A stretch of 64,000 nt of DNA from the human T2T-CHM13v2.0 reference genome, Homo sapiens. The position numbers and the translations under genes are program-made. Where the stretch lies: assembly GCF_009914755.1 (NCBI RefSeq), contig NC_060934.1. One strand, 5' to 3'. Below, one piece after another: positions 40,175-57,427 of the stretch. The number at the start of each line of letters is the position of its first letter. Positions within the stretch are counted from its first letter, which is position 1. The notes under the pieces were generated by a model. It searched no databases. It had not been told where the DNA came from and saw only the letters and a list, made by a program, of their open reading frames with translations.

Positions 40175-43100
40175 CTACCAAAAGAACACAGATATTTCAT
40201 TAAAAGCAAGATTTGAAGCATCTGACTTTGGGTACATGAGCAACAAAAAAACATCACTAGCTACTGAAATGTACATATCCTACAAATGAAAACACTCTTG
40301 GCTTTCTTTGTCTGCCAGGATCTGCTATTTATAAAACCAAGGACTAGTTATAACTTATGAAACAAGATGCTCTAATTCCAATATTGAGCCTTGTCAAAAG
40401 CAATGGAAAGAAAATAGCCAAGAGAAGGCTGGACAACCACAAAATCCTATCATTCTAGAGCTAACAGGGAGTTGAGACTTCTGGATGAAATATCCTCATT
40501 TTGTAAACAAAGGAACTAAGGCCCAAAGAGATCATAAAAAAAAAGATTGAGAAATAATTCAAATGTGCTCAGTGCAGTACAGTTACAGATGACTTTCTCA
40601 TACACTAAATAACTTAATTTCTTTCCCCTAAGGACACAGATACGGGGCTAACCCAGAAGGCCCCTGGCTCCTTCTACTATGCCAGTGGCTTTTAGCTGCA
40701 GAGATATTTTTTTTCCCCAATGAAAACTTTTGTAAACTAATATGTAAAATAAGTAAAAACGATGAGCAGGTTTCCCAGGCAGTTTAAATCCACTCCCCAT
40801 CCCTAATTTTGGGAGGAAAATGTGAAACTATGTCCCAGATCACTCTTGGAAAACCAATGTGCTAGCACACTGCTTCCCTGGCAGGGACATCCTGACTGGG
40901 ATACGGAATCAGAAGACGTCCAAGGTGCCTTTCAACTTGGACGCTATCGCACACGCTCGGCGCTCAGCACGCCTTCTCCAACAGCATGCCAGGAGGTTTA
41001 CAGCTCACCTTTGAATCTTTCAACCCAGTTCATACCCTTTCCTTTACAAAGCCTTCCAAATGAACTGATCTCCTAACTCCTTCCTGCCCATGGAGGTGGC
41101 TACAACTCTCTGTTCCTGCTGTTCATTTAGCAGACATATGATTCTATTTCTTACACTGTATTAGAATTATTTATTAGATTGCAGCCCTCCCTGATCCTGA
41201 AGCTCAGACTTTGTATCTCTAGGATCTGGCATATAGCAGGCACTCCATAACTTCTTGTGGAATAGACGAAAGTTCATTAGTCATAACCTGCACTACTAAG
41301 TCATTTAGTTTATTGTTGGTTATGACATGGTAGCTGTAAAATAATAACTTTAATATGAAGAAATGCAATTGGTAAACTGTTGTTAGGAAAAAAGTCTGAA
41401 GAAAACCTCACTGAATTAAGACATGCTATCAAAGCTGATTCTTAGATCTCCTATTCACCACTCTGCAAAACTGGCCCTGCTTTGCAGTTTCTAATCACAT
41501 CAGAAATGTGAGGATCCGGGATGAATTTCTCTCCTGGATAGTAAGAATGATTATTTTTGATTTTGTCCTATCACTTTTCAACATGCCACCCCACCTATGG
41601 TCAAAGTAAACAGGGCTCAGAGCATAGCTTCAATTCTTTGGATGACACAGGAAGGAGTTTGGGCCTGGTCCCTCCAAAATAGAACTTTTAACTGGAATAT
41701 CCAGAAAGTCATCTCACACTTCTGCTTCACTTTGCCATTCCATGTTTGGTCTCTGAATGTTTGGTGAATATCACCATACACAGCTATACTGTCAGGTTTT
41801 CCCCTTAACTTCTGCATCTTGCTGCTTGCTGGTTCCAGGTCTCCAGAGGAGGTTGTCTGAGCTGGAGGCTGCATCCCTAGTTCCCAGAACAGAGGTGGTA
41901 CATACCAGGCACTCAATATGTCTTTGTTGAATGATTCAATGTAGACACTATTAGGATTGAGAGAATTTTACCATCATAATCTAAGATGAAGTTTTATTCA
42001 TAACCAGAGTTTTATTTTGCACATCCTATGCTGCATTTAGAACTTTTGTTCTAAATGAACTGATCTTGGATTTTTGCTAAGTGCTCCTGTATCATTTGAA
42101 AGCCATTAAAACAAATCCAAGTTTATCTTACAGAAGCAGCTAATCACAGCTATTTGAGGATCTAGTGTGGTTCAGACACTCTTAATGGCAAGAGAGGAAG
42201 GGGAAGGACACTAGTTACTTATATAATCTCAGTTTGATTCTGATACCATTAAACAGGTACTTAAAACGCTGACCTCTGAGACTTCCCCTTTGATTCATCC
42301 TGTGAACGTGGACCCCAGTTTGAAAAACACTGACCTGAATGAGCTACCAGGCGGAACTGGCCACTCCCTTCTTCATGCGCTCATACTGTTTCTAAGAACT
42401 CTGTTTACAGCACTTTTCACACAGCATTTGCTTAGCTGGGAGTTTGCATTTGTCATTGGGATGAGGACTCTTGTATTTGGAGTGTCAAACACCCATTGAC
42501 TGCCCAATAGATATTTGTTAGAATAAACAAAACAATATGTAAGAATTCATTTAAAATGACTGGTGTTGATTCACAGATCTTTTATCCCTGTATAAAGAAA
42601 GTGGGTTTGAAAGTTTGCCACGCTGTGCTCAGCACACCTGTGTCTTCTAACAGTTCATGTGGTACCTCCAGGAGTTGGGTGACCTGGAGAACAGTGACCC
42701 AGCTGTTTCAATACCTACTCACTGAGCCCCCTCCATGTGTAGGAATCTGAAGGCTGGTTCTGCAGGCAAGACATATGCACAAATACCTATCCTATAAAGT
42801 CGAACGTGATAAAACATGAGAGAGAACAGAGCAAGTGCTGTCTGAGACAGCATCAGGCAGGACTTGGCTGCTGGGGGTACGGGAGGAAGGGGGCTCTTGG
42901 GGCTCAGGAGGGGATAGGACAGTGTTTTAACAGGATCTTGAAGGTAGGATTCAGGAGACAGGTACAGCCGCTGTTTCTGGTATCTGCCACAACTCCTAAC
43001 AACTAAGTATCTGGAAGTTTCTGCAGAGCTAAGAGACTTCCAATGCAGACGCTGTCACTGCTTTCCATTCCACTTTCTACTGCCAAATACTGTTATTTTG

Positions 43101-44924
43101 AACTGTTCTTTCCAGATCAAGGAACATGAACTCACCCCTTTGCAAGCACCTTACAAAGGAGGAAGTAGTCTGATTAGTGGAGGCGGTGGTGGCAGCGGCA
43201 GCCGGGGCACAGGTGACTGGGCTCTGTCCTTCCTGTTCTTCTCGGCCTGTCTCCTATTCAGATTTCTAAGCCAGGAGTGAACAAGCGCCAATGCTATCTA
43301 CGTGTGCCAGGTGCCGCAAGGCAACAACGCCTTAAAAGAACAAAAGAGGGCAGCTTTGTTTTCTGAAACATGAAGAAAAGATGACGTTCACTAATCTCAC
43401 ATTTTCACTAAGAAATCTTTTTATTTCCTCCATTTGATAAATGTAATCACAGTGGATTACTATCACATAATGATCCACATCTTTGTACGTATATTTAAAA
43501 ACAGGATAAAGCTCTTTCTTTAATTGTATCATTGAAATCTCTTAGTTTACTGACTCTAGTTTAAATGAGATCTCTCTGCTTACTGATAGCTATGACAGAA
43601 ACCAACACTCTTCCAAATGAATATCATTTTGAAAACTAGACTTCTCTTGACAGATTCACAATTTGATACTCAAGCCAAAGTAGAAAGCGAATATGTTAAT
43701 TTACAGATTTTAGTGATTACTGAAGTAATACGATTTTTAAATGATGATGTCTAAACGAACAGTTCAAAATAACAATCTAAAGTTGGGGCAGGATTTAAGA
43801 CACTTAGAGTCATGATTTTAAGAGTTGGGAGTCTGAATTCCTACTATAAATTTGGATTTTCATCTATGTCCTGCCTATTTTAGGCATCTTGGCCACTTAG
43901 TACAACAATGTATCAAATGCTGACTCTTCCTTATTCATCTCACACTGGGTGAAGTTCTGGAGGCAAACACTGCATACACAGTCACCAACACTCTTGAAAA
44001 TGTCCTGGATCCAGGCCTGTGGACTTTCACGAATTTGTTTCTTTGCATTTCAACTGTGGTCTCCCTTTGCTTAGAAGTAGCTGGGGTTAAGATGTAGTTT
44101 GGCTGGGGAATCTCCTAACTAGGTAAATGAAGATGCGCCTTCCCCACCCCTCTGCCCCGTTAGGCTCCCAAGTCCCCATGAGCACATCACGTGACTCCCC
44201 TGTATAATCGAAAGAATACAAAGTAAGACAATTTTTAGGAGATCATGCTAGTTAACCACCGAGGGACTATTTCTATCATAGGCTATTTTATATAAGGTAT
44301 TAGTAAGGTATTAATAAGTAAATTACAGTAAGATACATAAAAAGCTACATGTGGTCACTGGTTAAAAGAAGTGCACAAATAATCATACTGGGCATTAACC
44401 CCAGATTTTCAATGGCAGATTAATAGTGTACAGATTCTGTGTATTATATAGGGTCACCTTTGCAGGCACGTGCACAGGGCTGTTTGGACTAGGTCATATG
44501 CTGGTGGGGATTTGGGGGGCTGGGCTGGCTGGTCAGTCTCAGGTTGGCTCAGGACCAAAAGCTGAAAGAAAACTACAGATGAAGAGGCAGGATCCTGCTG
44601 AACAAGACTAACTGATTTGGGGCTGAAAAGCCTATAACAGGATTCATAAGAGTGCTTAAAGGATGTGAATTTAGTCTATGTCCATACCACTATATACAAT
44701 GATCTTTTGTTCTTGTGTTTATTTCGTAGTATATTAGACGTATTTTGAGGAAAATGTGCTTCAGTTTAAGAAAAGAAATTTTAAAACACAAACCTCCCCC
44801 ATAATTGATTTAATTTTGTTCATAAATGTGATATGCTTCTGTCTGATAAAAACTAAATGTTCCTGTAACTCAGGTCTGCCCCAGGTGGACATAGCAAGAA
44901 TCACTATTATCATTTATTTTCTAT

Positions 44925-45380
44925 TTTTAAATTTTATTTTTATTTTTTAGAGACAGGATCTCAACCTGGTGCCCAAACTGGGGTACAGTGGTGGGATCAC
45001 AGCTCACTGCAGCCTCCAGCTCCTGGGTTCAAGTGATCCTCTCACCTCAACCTCCTGAGTAGCTTGGGCTACAAGTGCGTGGCCAGTTAATTTAAATAAA
45101 AATTTTTTCGTAGAGACACAGTCTCACTATGTTGTCCAGGCTGGTCTTGAATTCCTGGCCTTCAGTGATCCTCCCTCCTCAGCCTGCCAAAATGCTGAGA
45201 TTACAGGCATGTGCTACCCTGCCCAGCAAATTTTTAAAATGTATGTATTTATATATTTTGTAGAGAGGGGGATCTCGCTTTGTTGCCCAGACTGGTTTCA
45301 ACTCTTGGCCTCAAGCAATCCTCCTGCCTTGGCCTCCCAAAGTGCTGGGATTATAGGCGGGAGCCAACATGCTCAGCCTG
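44925..45380 (-). mobile_element. AluJ followed by a further Alu monomer
   Basis: Three diverged Alu arms in tandem. Confidence 0.8.
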
Positions 45381-46169
45381 TCATTTATTAAATGCTATGC
45401 TGAGAATATAGCCCATGAGGAGGGTAGCCACAAGAGCATGTGGGACTAGATGCTCACCAGCATGGCTGTTCCTGTTGAGCAGCTCAGAACAGAGGTGGCC
45501 TGGGGACACAGTGGGCCTGAGCCGCAGTGTGGATGGGACAGGAGCATGCTCGTGTCCTACGTCAAGGCTCATAGTGGAAGGTGGCTGCCCTCTTTTCATT
45601 AAGCAAAAAATGCTCCGCCAAAAGTCCTATCTAAAAGTAGGTGCAATTTACACGATAGCCTATAGTGAATGTTGAATGGGATAAAAATGAAAAGAAATCA
45701 TCCAACAGCCAATTCTTTATAGACATTTTTAGTTGACAATATTTTGGTAGAGCTAAGCATTTAATTTTAGAAGAGAATACAATTTGGTCCCTTGAAATTT
45801 TCTCCGTGTACTTGCATAATGAGACATTCCCGTCTTTTAGAGATGCTTTTAGCTTTTTCCTTCTTCAGGTAATAAATTAATGACCCTGAAGACTAGGGCT
45901 TGATTTATGCTAAAGATATTTGAGCCAAAATGTACAATATGTAAGAGTCTAACCACTGCAATTTAGCTTCTCTCCTAAGGCCACTGAAATGGCTCCTCCA
46001 AGATGTCCACTCTGAGAGACTATCCAGGCTCCCAGGTGACCTGACTGCCTGCGCCACAGCTGACGTCCTATGCTATTATAATTACTGTTTGTGAATTTTC
46101 CTTCATGTGCTCCTTCAAGGGCAGGGACTATTTCACACACTTCAGTATGCCCTGGAAAACAGCAATATA

Positions 46170-46758
<589 letters not shown>

Positions 46759-46858
46759 TGAGTAAATTTAAAAAATCATTTGCTTGGTTTTCTTTACTTG
46801 ATCCCAGTGGATCACTTTATCTATTGGGCTAAGAAGGTGTTAAGAAAACAGATTTCAA

Positions 46859-47254
<396 letters not shown>

Positions 47255-47524
47255 TTATAGTAACTACAACAGATAGAAAAACATTTCCTATTATTAAAAA
47301 TTATTTTAAAATATTGTTAAAAACTAATCTGATTGTTTCACCAAGCTGAAAAACAAGAAACGAAAAGTAACAACAACAAGACAAACTTAGGCCATGTATA
47401 TCTGCCCTGAAAAACACAAATCAATATATATAATCTTGAAAAACAGCGACCATAAGAAATTAACAACTGTCTTCTCTCAGTATTGGTAGAGTATTGGGTT
47501 GTGAACTCATGAAGAAAGAATTAA

Positions 47525-47859
<335 letters not shown>

Positions 47860-48092
47860 TTAGTTTTGGGTGTCTGCTTCTGTGTATAGTTGAGGTTTGA
47901 ATTTTATTTAATGTGCTACTTTTAAAAGGGTCAAATAATCCTGCCCAAAAGAGAAATATTTCAGGCTATTCCCTTTCTAAAAACACTATTTGTTCACGTG
48001 TATTTTTTTACTGATAGATATAGATAAGTTTTATTTTAAAATATTTATTCCCATAAAGACACTGAGGTAAGAATGCTAAGGTTAAAAAAAGA

Positions 48093-48320
48093 ACTAATAT
48101 TTATTGAGTGCTTAAAATGGGCCAGGCCTTGTTCTAAGTGCTCCACAGGGATGACTTCATCTAATTCCTCCAATGGGCCAATCCCAGGAGGGAAGCACTT
48201 GCTATCCCCATTCTACAGAGAGAAATGGAGTGGGGAGGGGTCAGGTTCATTGCTCAGGGTCACACAGCTGAGAGTCTAACCCAGGCAGCCTGACCTAAGA
48301 GCCTGCTCCCTGACCCATGA
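48093..48320 (-). mobile_element. MIR
   Basis: atttattgagtgctt...tatccccattctacagagag...cagggtcacacagct. Confidence 0.7.
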
Positions 48321-49840
48321 AGTTCTCCCCAAGAAACTTCCAAGTAAAAAGAAACAACTGCCACAGCTGAAACTTTCAGTTCTTTCATATGATAATCATC
48401 CCCTCAACAGTGACTGAGTGTTCGTCACACACAGGCATTGGGCTAGAATGGGCACCCGCAAGTCCTTTGCGCAGTGGACAAGGGCAGATGACAGACCTGG
48501 GTTGCGGGACACACTCCACTTTTCTTGGCTGTGTGAACTTGTGCAAGCTGCCCGTAGAAAGCGGATAAGAAGAATACCTCAAAGATGGCGCATGAATACT
48601 ATTACTATTATTATTATTATTATTAATCACAGTCTCTGCTCTTGAGAAGCTGGGGTGGAAGGATGCATTAACGTGTATCCTGTTTGTATATTTACAAACT
48701 ATTTACAAAATATACTGTTTGTATATTTACCAAACAGTATAGAAGTTCTATCCAGGAGGATCGTTCAAATCACAGTAGAGCCTTGAAGGGGAGTAGGTGG
48801 GTACAGAGAGGAGGAACAGGAAAAAACAAGTAAACTGCAGTGAAATTGAGGAGGGGGCTCTCCTTAAAGCTAAGTCCTAAACTTAATGTTTCCCAAGTTT
48901 ATTTTGTATATTGTGCTTAATGCAAATGCAGATGTTTCCTCCTTCGCAGATTAAACAAATAACATTTACTGAGTACCTTTTATGTGCCAGGCACTGCTAC
49001 AGGATTTTCCCATATACTCTATCTCATTTGATGCTCACAACACTCTGCCATTTTTGACATTTTGGTTGGTTCTGATTAGAACTTAGTGTTTTTCTGCATC
49101 TGAGTAGGGACTATTGTTATCAGTTTGAAGACAGTGGCTGATCTGCCATGATTGACAGCCCCTTGTGGGCCCTTATGTTTGTGTTTGTGCCATGGGTATA
49201 TACATTGGCATTTGGGTGACACTACGAGTCACAACGCAAAAAGGGAACTCTATACACTGTAAGCTTTTTTATATTTACAAAAGCGATAAAGCATGGGTTT
49301 CCAGTGTCACTTTTCATCGTTTCCAGTGCTAATCTTTCTCCTGTGCTCGAGGTGTCTAGCAAACGTGTTGAGGATATGAAATTCACTTTTCCTTCCCATC
49401 CAGAGCTGAAAAGCCTGCACTGCTCTTGCTCTCCGCGTCTCAGTTGAAGTCTCAGCTGCAGCTGTAACCCAGCAAGTTTCCCAGATGGGAATCCGGGGCT
49501 CACTTCCCACTCAGTCCCCGTGTCCCTCCTGAATGTCTCTCCATGCTCTCCTCTCCAGGCTCACTGCTCCTGTCTAGCCCTCCTGATCTCCTGCCTGGCA
49601 GGCTGCATGCATCTTCCTCCGGCTATCTCTATCTTTCTGTCAGCCGCATGCTGTTCTAGCTACGGTTCTAAGATTCAGGCACAATTCTTCCTTTACTGGA
49701 AACTTGCAATGGCTCCCTCCTGCCCACAGATAAAGGCTGAAGGCCTCACCTGGACTTTCACTCTCTCACCCCACCCTGCTTTTACCAATGCCAGCCAGAC
49801 AGCTGTTCTAGCAACACTGGGCCACTTGCCCAATCCTATG

Positions 49841-50151
49841 ATTTTGTTTTTTTGTTTTTGTTTTTTTTTGAGACGGAATCTCCCTCTGTCACCCAGGTTG
49901 GAGTGCAGTGGTGTAATCTCGGCTCACTGCAACCTCTGCCTCCTGGGTTCAAGTGATTCTTATGCCTCAGCCTCCCGAGTAGTTAGGACTATAGGCATGT
50001 GCCACCACATCCAGCTAATTTTTGTATTTTTAGTAGAGAACGGGTTTTCCCATGTTGGCCAGGCTGGTCTCGAACTCTTGACCTCAGTTGATCTGCCCAC
50101 CTTGGCCTCCCAAAGTGTTGGGATTACAGGGGTAAGCCACCATGCCTGGCC
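49841..50151 (-). mobile_element. AluS
   Basis: Full dimer. Confidence 0.9.
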
Positions 50152-50192
50152 TCACTTTTCTTTAGAAGCATGTTATTCTTCCAAGACAATCA

Positions 50193-50380
<188 letters not shown>

Positions 50381-51658
50381 TGCTTAGAAAATTTAAGGAC
50401 TGAATGTACTTTGTGTTGAGGAATAATTTACCTCTGTTTCCGAATATGTGATCTACCTGGGGTTTGACTCAGGGCCCTAGTTGCAATAGCAATATGATAT
50501 CATTGCATGAGCTGACTGGTCCAGCATAGAACGTTATCATCATTAATGATGTTTTAAAATTAAATTTTTAGACTAGATGAACTTCTTAACAATTGTAGCA
50601 AGTGTTTATAGATTTCAAAAAAAAAAAAGAACCTTTAACACCGAGAATTAGGTAAAAGTTCCAACAACTTTCCAATCTAAAAAAGTCACAAGATGATGAT
50701 TTTTGTCCCCTCCCTTTGTTAAAAACCCAATGTGGATATACCCTAGCAAACTGTCTTCCCACAATTTCTTTCAAAATTTTTAAAACTTTTTTAAAAAGCA
50801 ATTTGTTTCCTACTTAAAGTTTAAAAGGTATGGCCAACCTCCAATCCTATACAGGCCTGCGGGAGTTCGCAGCAGGATTCTCGTCCTATGCAATCTGATA
50901 AGAACAGATCCCCCATTCTTGTTTATTTTAAGAACTCTCCCAACAAGTTAAGGTTCACAACACAAACATACTTAGAGAAAGACATTGTAAATAGAAATGC
51001 AATTGCAAATATAGTGCACTATTAAACACATTCGTTTATGGTCCTATGAATGTAAAATAGCAAGTCAGATGGTTATCTCGGATGTCATCCAACATTCTGG
51101 ACTGCGGCAACATTCTGGCTGTGATATTAAAATAGAAAAACCTTTGCAGAGCCTTAACCTATCATTACACGGAGTAAATGGCATGGCGCTGCCACCTAAT
51201 TAGTGGTGTGGCTTGCATCTATAAAATAGAATTAGCATGACTGCTCCTTTTTTATTATTAGTTTGTGTTTCCAGAAAGGTGCGATCTTATCTGTATGGCC
51301 CTGTTCATTTATGCCCATCTACAAAGGATTTAATTATATTCTTTTAGGTCTCTACACTAAGGAAATTGAAAATTGTCACTGCAAAATTAAAAATGCAAAA
51401 GAAATTAGTGAGCAGATTATTTACGCCATCACCCTCCTCCTTTCGGAGACAAAAACTGGAAACCTGTCTAAATAAATAAGGCATCACATTTTCAGAAAAG
51501 AAAACTCCAGACAAGAAAATTATTACCAGTCTTCTTTTCTTCTTTCCCACATATAGTCTGCAAGTTTCTCTAGTTGTCAAAAGGGAAATCTATAAATACT
51601 ATAAAATTCCCAAAAGTTACATAGCATTAGAGTCAGCAGCCAGAAAATGGCAACTTAC

Positions 51659-51924
51659 ATCTGAGGAAGGTGATTCCAGAACAATGCCGAATCCTAGAAC
51701 GCGGCTCTCCTCCGGGGAGGTGTGCTCGGCTGCCTGGAGAGCAGATAGCTCAGAGGCCACCACCGACTTTTTCTCCATCTCTGACCCACTGGGCTTCTGT
51801 TTCACAGTAAGAGGTTCCACAGTCTTTGGGGGCACTTTTTTCTTTTTATTTCTCTTTCGTGAGACAGCAGTTCGCTGGGAGCATATAAGGGAAATTGGAG
51901 GTTGTTGTCTGTTTTGAGTTCCAA
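51659..51924 (-). CDS. BEND7: BEND7 coding exon, 266 nt (VGTQNRQQ...LESPSSD), with basic NLS-like RKRNKKKK
   Basis: Acceptor ttattattcgcag|TT, donor GAT|gtaagt; matches ORF 51617..51958(-); phase 1/0. Confidence 0.95.
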
Positions 51925-53120
51925 CTGCGAATAATAAACAAAAATATGGTACAGGCACGTGTGTCTGACTTAGGAAAACTTATCTCCGGTCTATCCATGT
52001 GATCTACAAACTGAAACCGAAACGAGGAAAACTCCAGGATGAAGCACACTAAATAAATCTCCAACTGGACCTAAAGGTTACCAAACGCAGGCTCTGAAGC
52101 ACTTTCAAGTCCTAAAGGCAGAAAAATACTCAGGAGAAAGCGTTACTGCAGGTGAATCGTGACAGCATACTGCTGTTGGGTTCAATGCAGGGAAAGGATC
52201 ATGAGCTGTGAGAAAACACCTGAGCATGGCTTTATAAATCATAGGATGTTTTTAAATAAATGAGAACTTCGGGATTTAAATTTAGATAGAGACGGCTGTG
52301 CTTCCTTGTAATCCTGTTTCAGGATTACATTTGGGGTTAGACTGATCCGTTCCTAATAATCTACAGGTGCCAAAACTGATAAAGATGAGACAGTGATGAT
52401 CATTTGCGCAAGACTGATCAAAAGAAGCCGTCTGGGATGATTCTACATTAGGGACCAGTAAGCATGTGGGAAAAGCCTATTAGTTACTTAATTAGGACCA
52501 GTGAATCCTTCCTCACCAAACAAATATTCTCCACACATCAACCACCTCCAGAGCACCCTGCTACATGGCCTCAGACCAGGCTACTTCTCTAGACCTCGGT
52601 TTCACATAACTGAAGGAGCAATATCATTCTGTACAAGTCAAGCAAATCAGTGAAATCTAGAAACAGTTCCAAACATGAAAAGCACAGTACAGGAACCAAG
52701 TATTCAACCTGATTCTATACTTAAAGAAATCCAGGATGGTAAATTACAGTTCTCACAGGTGCACTCTGAGAAGTTATGTTTGCTAGCCATTTAAAAATAC
52801 TCTCTTGGAAAGTGTAATTGGAAAACATGGCATCATTGTTTAAATCCTCAAGTATTAATATAGCTTCCTAAATATGACTATAGGATGTCCCTGCTTTTCA
52901 ACAGAAATGAACCTATAAGACAAGTGAAAACTAAAGGTCTTTAAAGGCATATAAACATGAATCACCTCCTCTTACCTCTTATCAGTCTGAAAATAAAGAA
53001 TATTTACACTTTGATCCTGATATTTTTGTCTCCAAATTCAAAAGCAATTCATAAATATTAGAAGCAAACTAATTGCACTACATAAGAGCACAGAAGTTTT
53101 TAAACCAGTAATTAGTCTAG

Positions 53121-53615
<495 letters not shown>

Positions 53616-54333
53616 TTCTCTTTGGTCTCTCTGCATTCCCCCTCAAGGCTGGGTCTGCACCCTCAGAATCAAAGGGACCTCGAATAATGATCACGATGGT
53701 CTAGGCCCCAGGCCTTGCTAAGCCTCATGATTCTCAATTAGAAATGAAAATGTTTTGGTTTAAGGAACACGGGGACTATCTGAGTTTTTCTTCTCCTTTT
53801 GCAAATCTAGACACAGCCCAAGTCTCTGGCATCCAGATCTTACCTCTAGGTCTTATTCCCTGTCTTCTTAAAAGAAAGGTGAAACTTTCTAAATGTAATT
53901 TAAATCTAAGTCTTCAGGCATTAAACCTTAAGTAAATCTACCCACATGACACAAATTTTTAAGTTTAAGAAAATTAAAGGAGAGTAATTTATTCAGTTTA
54001 TCCTTTGTGCCATCCTACAGCTTTGGAATCGTTTACCTCCCTAATCTGCAAAGGTTCAGAAAAGAAAACATAGCGACAAAGTGGCATTTACTTAATAGAT
54101 TCTAAAAAGGCTTCCGTCAAGGATTTAAATGGTTGCAATTTGTAGTTTGCCATTTCAGTAGTAAGGAGCTTAAGTGACAAAACAAATCATTACAATTTCA
54201 TATGCATATTTTCTTAAGTGCTAACAAATTCCTCCTCGGAGAAAAGAATCCGAACATCATAAAGTAACCTTTCTTTCTGAGCTCCTTATTTAGGAGATGT
54301 TAACCTCCTCCAGGTTAATAAGAACACAGATTA

Positions 54334-54730
<397 letters not shown>

Positions 54731-55813
54731 TCAGAAAGTAGCTCACATTACTTTAATGTGATCTTGGGTGACTGATATATCTAAGTATTAATTAAGCTTT
54801 TTATATCAAAACCACATCACTGAATATTAAAATTATACTAGAATTCACTAAATGGCATCCTGAACAGCTTCTGAGTGACGACCTTCCGGACTACCATCCT
54901 GATGAAAGGGCAGGAAAGCCAGTCACGACATGGCTTAGATCAAGTGGTGATGTCCCTTGACAAGAGGGAAAACTTAATACAATGATTTATTTCTTGTACC
55001 TGTGACAAAAACAATTCTGTTTTCCCTCAATTGTGAAGATCAGAAAATACAGCTGCTATAATGAAGACGTAGACTTCCAGACTTCTATAGAACGCTTCAT
55101 GGACTTTAAGACCACACTAATGAAACAGCTTAGGCTTGTACCATGCCTTATAAAGTTCATTGACAGCTACTACATCATTCTATTTTGACAACAGCCCTGT
55201 GAGTTAGATATGAATTCTCCATTTACAGACGTGAAATAGGAAGCTCAGATGCGCCACACAGCTCCAAAAGCAGAAATTGGCATCCAATCCCAAATTACAA
55301 ATCCACTGCTCTTCCGTCCCTCAACTTGCCTGATGGCAGTGAAAACAAAAAGGAGTCACATAAACAAAGACGACAGAACACGGCGGATTTCTGAGCTTCC
55401 GCATCCTGAATAGGAGAGAGAAAAGCCACAAAGCATAGCCTGGGGCTCCACATTTCTTATCTGCTTAGTGCTTGAACACTGAAGCCCATGCTTCCTAAAG
55501 GACCCCTCCATACACAGTTGTTCCCAAATTTAATTAACTGACATTTGTGAAGTACTAGGAGATCATGGAATGAAGTCTATCGAGTACATACACATAATTA
55601 TATGAGCTGTATCAGTAGCAAGACAAAATATGTTTGATTTGCTAAAGGAAAAATGGATTGTAGAGAAAGCTGAAAAAACAGATACTTGAAAAGGCACAGC
55701 AAGACAGCAAGGTGAGAAGAAGGCTTTAATAAAAGCACAATGAACATTCCAACGGAAGATGTCAGATATGCATTAAAAATCAAAGGACTCATTCCGAGGC
55801 CTGATCCTTGTAC

Positions 55814-55936
55814 CTGCTTGAATTTGCATTAATTTCCTCATGGTCTTGAGTTCTTGTAGAATGGCCTGCAACGTTGACTGGCAGTTACAAGTACAGCAGT
55901 TTGATCCAGCTGATGAATTCACCACTGGAAGTTCTC
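55814..55936 (-). CDS. BEND7: BEND7 coding exon, 123 nt (GELPVVNSSAGSNCCTCNCQSTLQAILQELKTMRKLMQIQA); CxC motif plus short coiled coil
   Basis: Acceptor ctttcatgctcag|GA, donor GCAG|gtacaa; matches ORF 55773..56054(-). Confidence 0.95.
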
Positions 55937-57112
55937 CTGAGCATGAAAGAAAAGAATGACATACTCCAAACAAACCAAAAAAAAAAAAAAAAAAATCATA
56001 AAGAGGTGGAGAGAAAAAAGAAAGTATCTTGGCAGGATTTTGAAGCATGTGCAATTATGATGAAGCTGTGCCTAAGGAAAACGTACCCACTAATTATCAC
56101 AACCTAAATCTGGGGGTCTGACTTTATCTAATTATCCAGGCTTCCATACTGTAACGTGCGTGCTGTGGCGCGGTGCGGGAGCCCGCATGCACACACACAC
56201 ACAATGAGTGGGCACAGCAGGCCTCCCTATTGTCAGAGCTGTTCATCTCAAATAACAACACCTCAAAAACTCACTCGAAACACACTCATGCTAGTTCACA
56301 CAAAAAAGGAGCCCTGAGGACAGCCTTGCAAAAAAAATTTGGTAGCTGTGTTTAAGAGTTCATATTAAAAATTATATGAGTTCTATTGAAAATAGTTTTG
56401 ATATTAAGCACATTATTTCAAAAACAAAGAACTGTGCACACATGAAAACTTTTAGAATACTCTCTGGGTGTGGCGTTTGGGGTGGGGAAGCACAGAGGAG
56501 CAGGGATGGGAGGATATATTCGAATTGGATGCGTTCGAGGGTATTGGTGGGCTGGCTGGCTTTTCTTCAGCTTCACAAAGAAAATCTCTCTACCTCTTTT
56601 CTCCATTCCCATGTCTTATCTTTCCCTTGCCACAGCCTCTTTTGCACTGTTTAAATTTAATGCCTTTTCCTTGGTAAACCTATCTTATTCTGTTTCTCTC
56701 ATAGGTAAGCAAGTATCTTCTATTGTCCTTAGAATAAAATGGGACATTTGGACATTGCTCTTACAGTGGGTTCCCTCCAGCACCTGTTCACCTGACCACC
56801 ATAAAATGGAGCAGTTTAGAGACTTCCAGCGCTCACATTGTCTCACAGGCCAGCAAGGTAAGTTCCATGGTTTTGTTCCAATTATATGTTTTATTATACT
56901 TTATATACCTTAAATCCTGTAATATGCATTATTTAGGAATACTATAGAAAAATTCACCAGAGCAAAACCATGAAATACTTCAGGATAACTTAGTGATTGT
57001 AGTGGTACAATTATTTACATTCAAAATTGTAGCAAAATTGTAATGTTACAACTTTAAAATTATAAATAATCCCAATGAAATACCAAAGTAGTCACAGTTA
57101 TATGTAATATAT

Positions 57113-57427
57113 TTCTTTTTCTTTTTTTTTTTTTTTTTTTTTTGAGACAGGGTCTCGCTCTGCTGCACAGGCTGGAGTGCACTGGTATGATCTTGGTTCA
57201 CTGCAACCCCTGCCTCCCAGGCTCAAGCGCTTCTCATGCCTCAGCCCCCCAAGTAGCTGGGACTACATGCATGCGCTACCACGCCCGGCTAATTTTTGTA
57301 TTTTTTAGTAGTGATGGGGTTTCGCCATGTTGGCCAGGCTGGTCTCGAACTCCTGGCCTCAAGCAATCCACTCATCTCGGCCTCCCAAAGCGTTAGGACT
57401 ACAGGCACGAGCCACCACGCCTAGCCA
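57113..57427 (-). mobile_element. AluJ/S
   Basis: Full dimer with poly-T. Confidence 0.88.
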
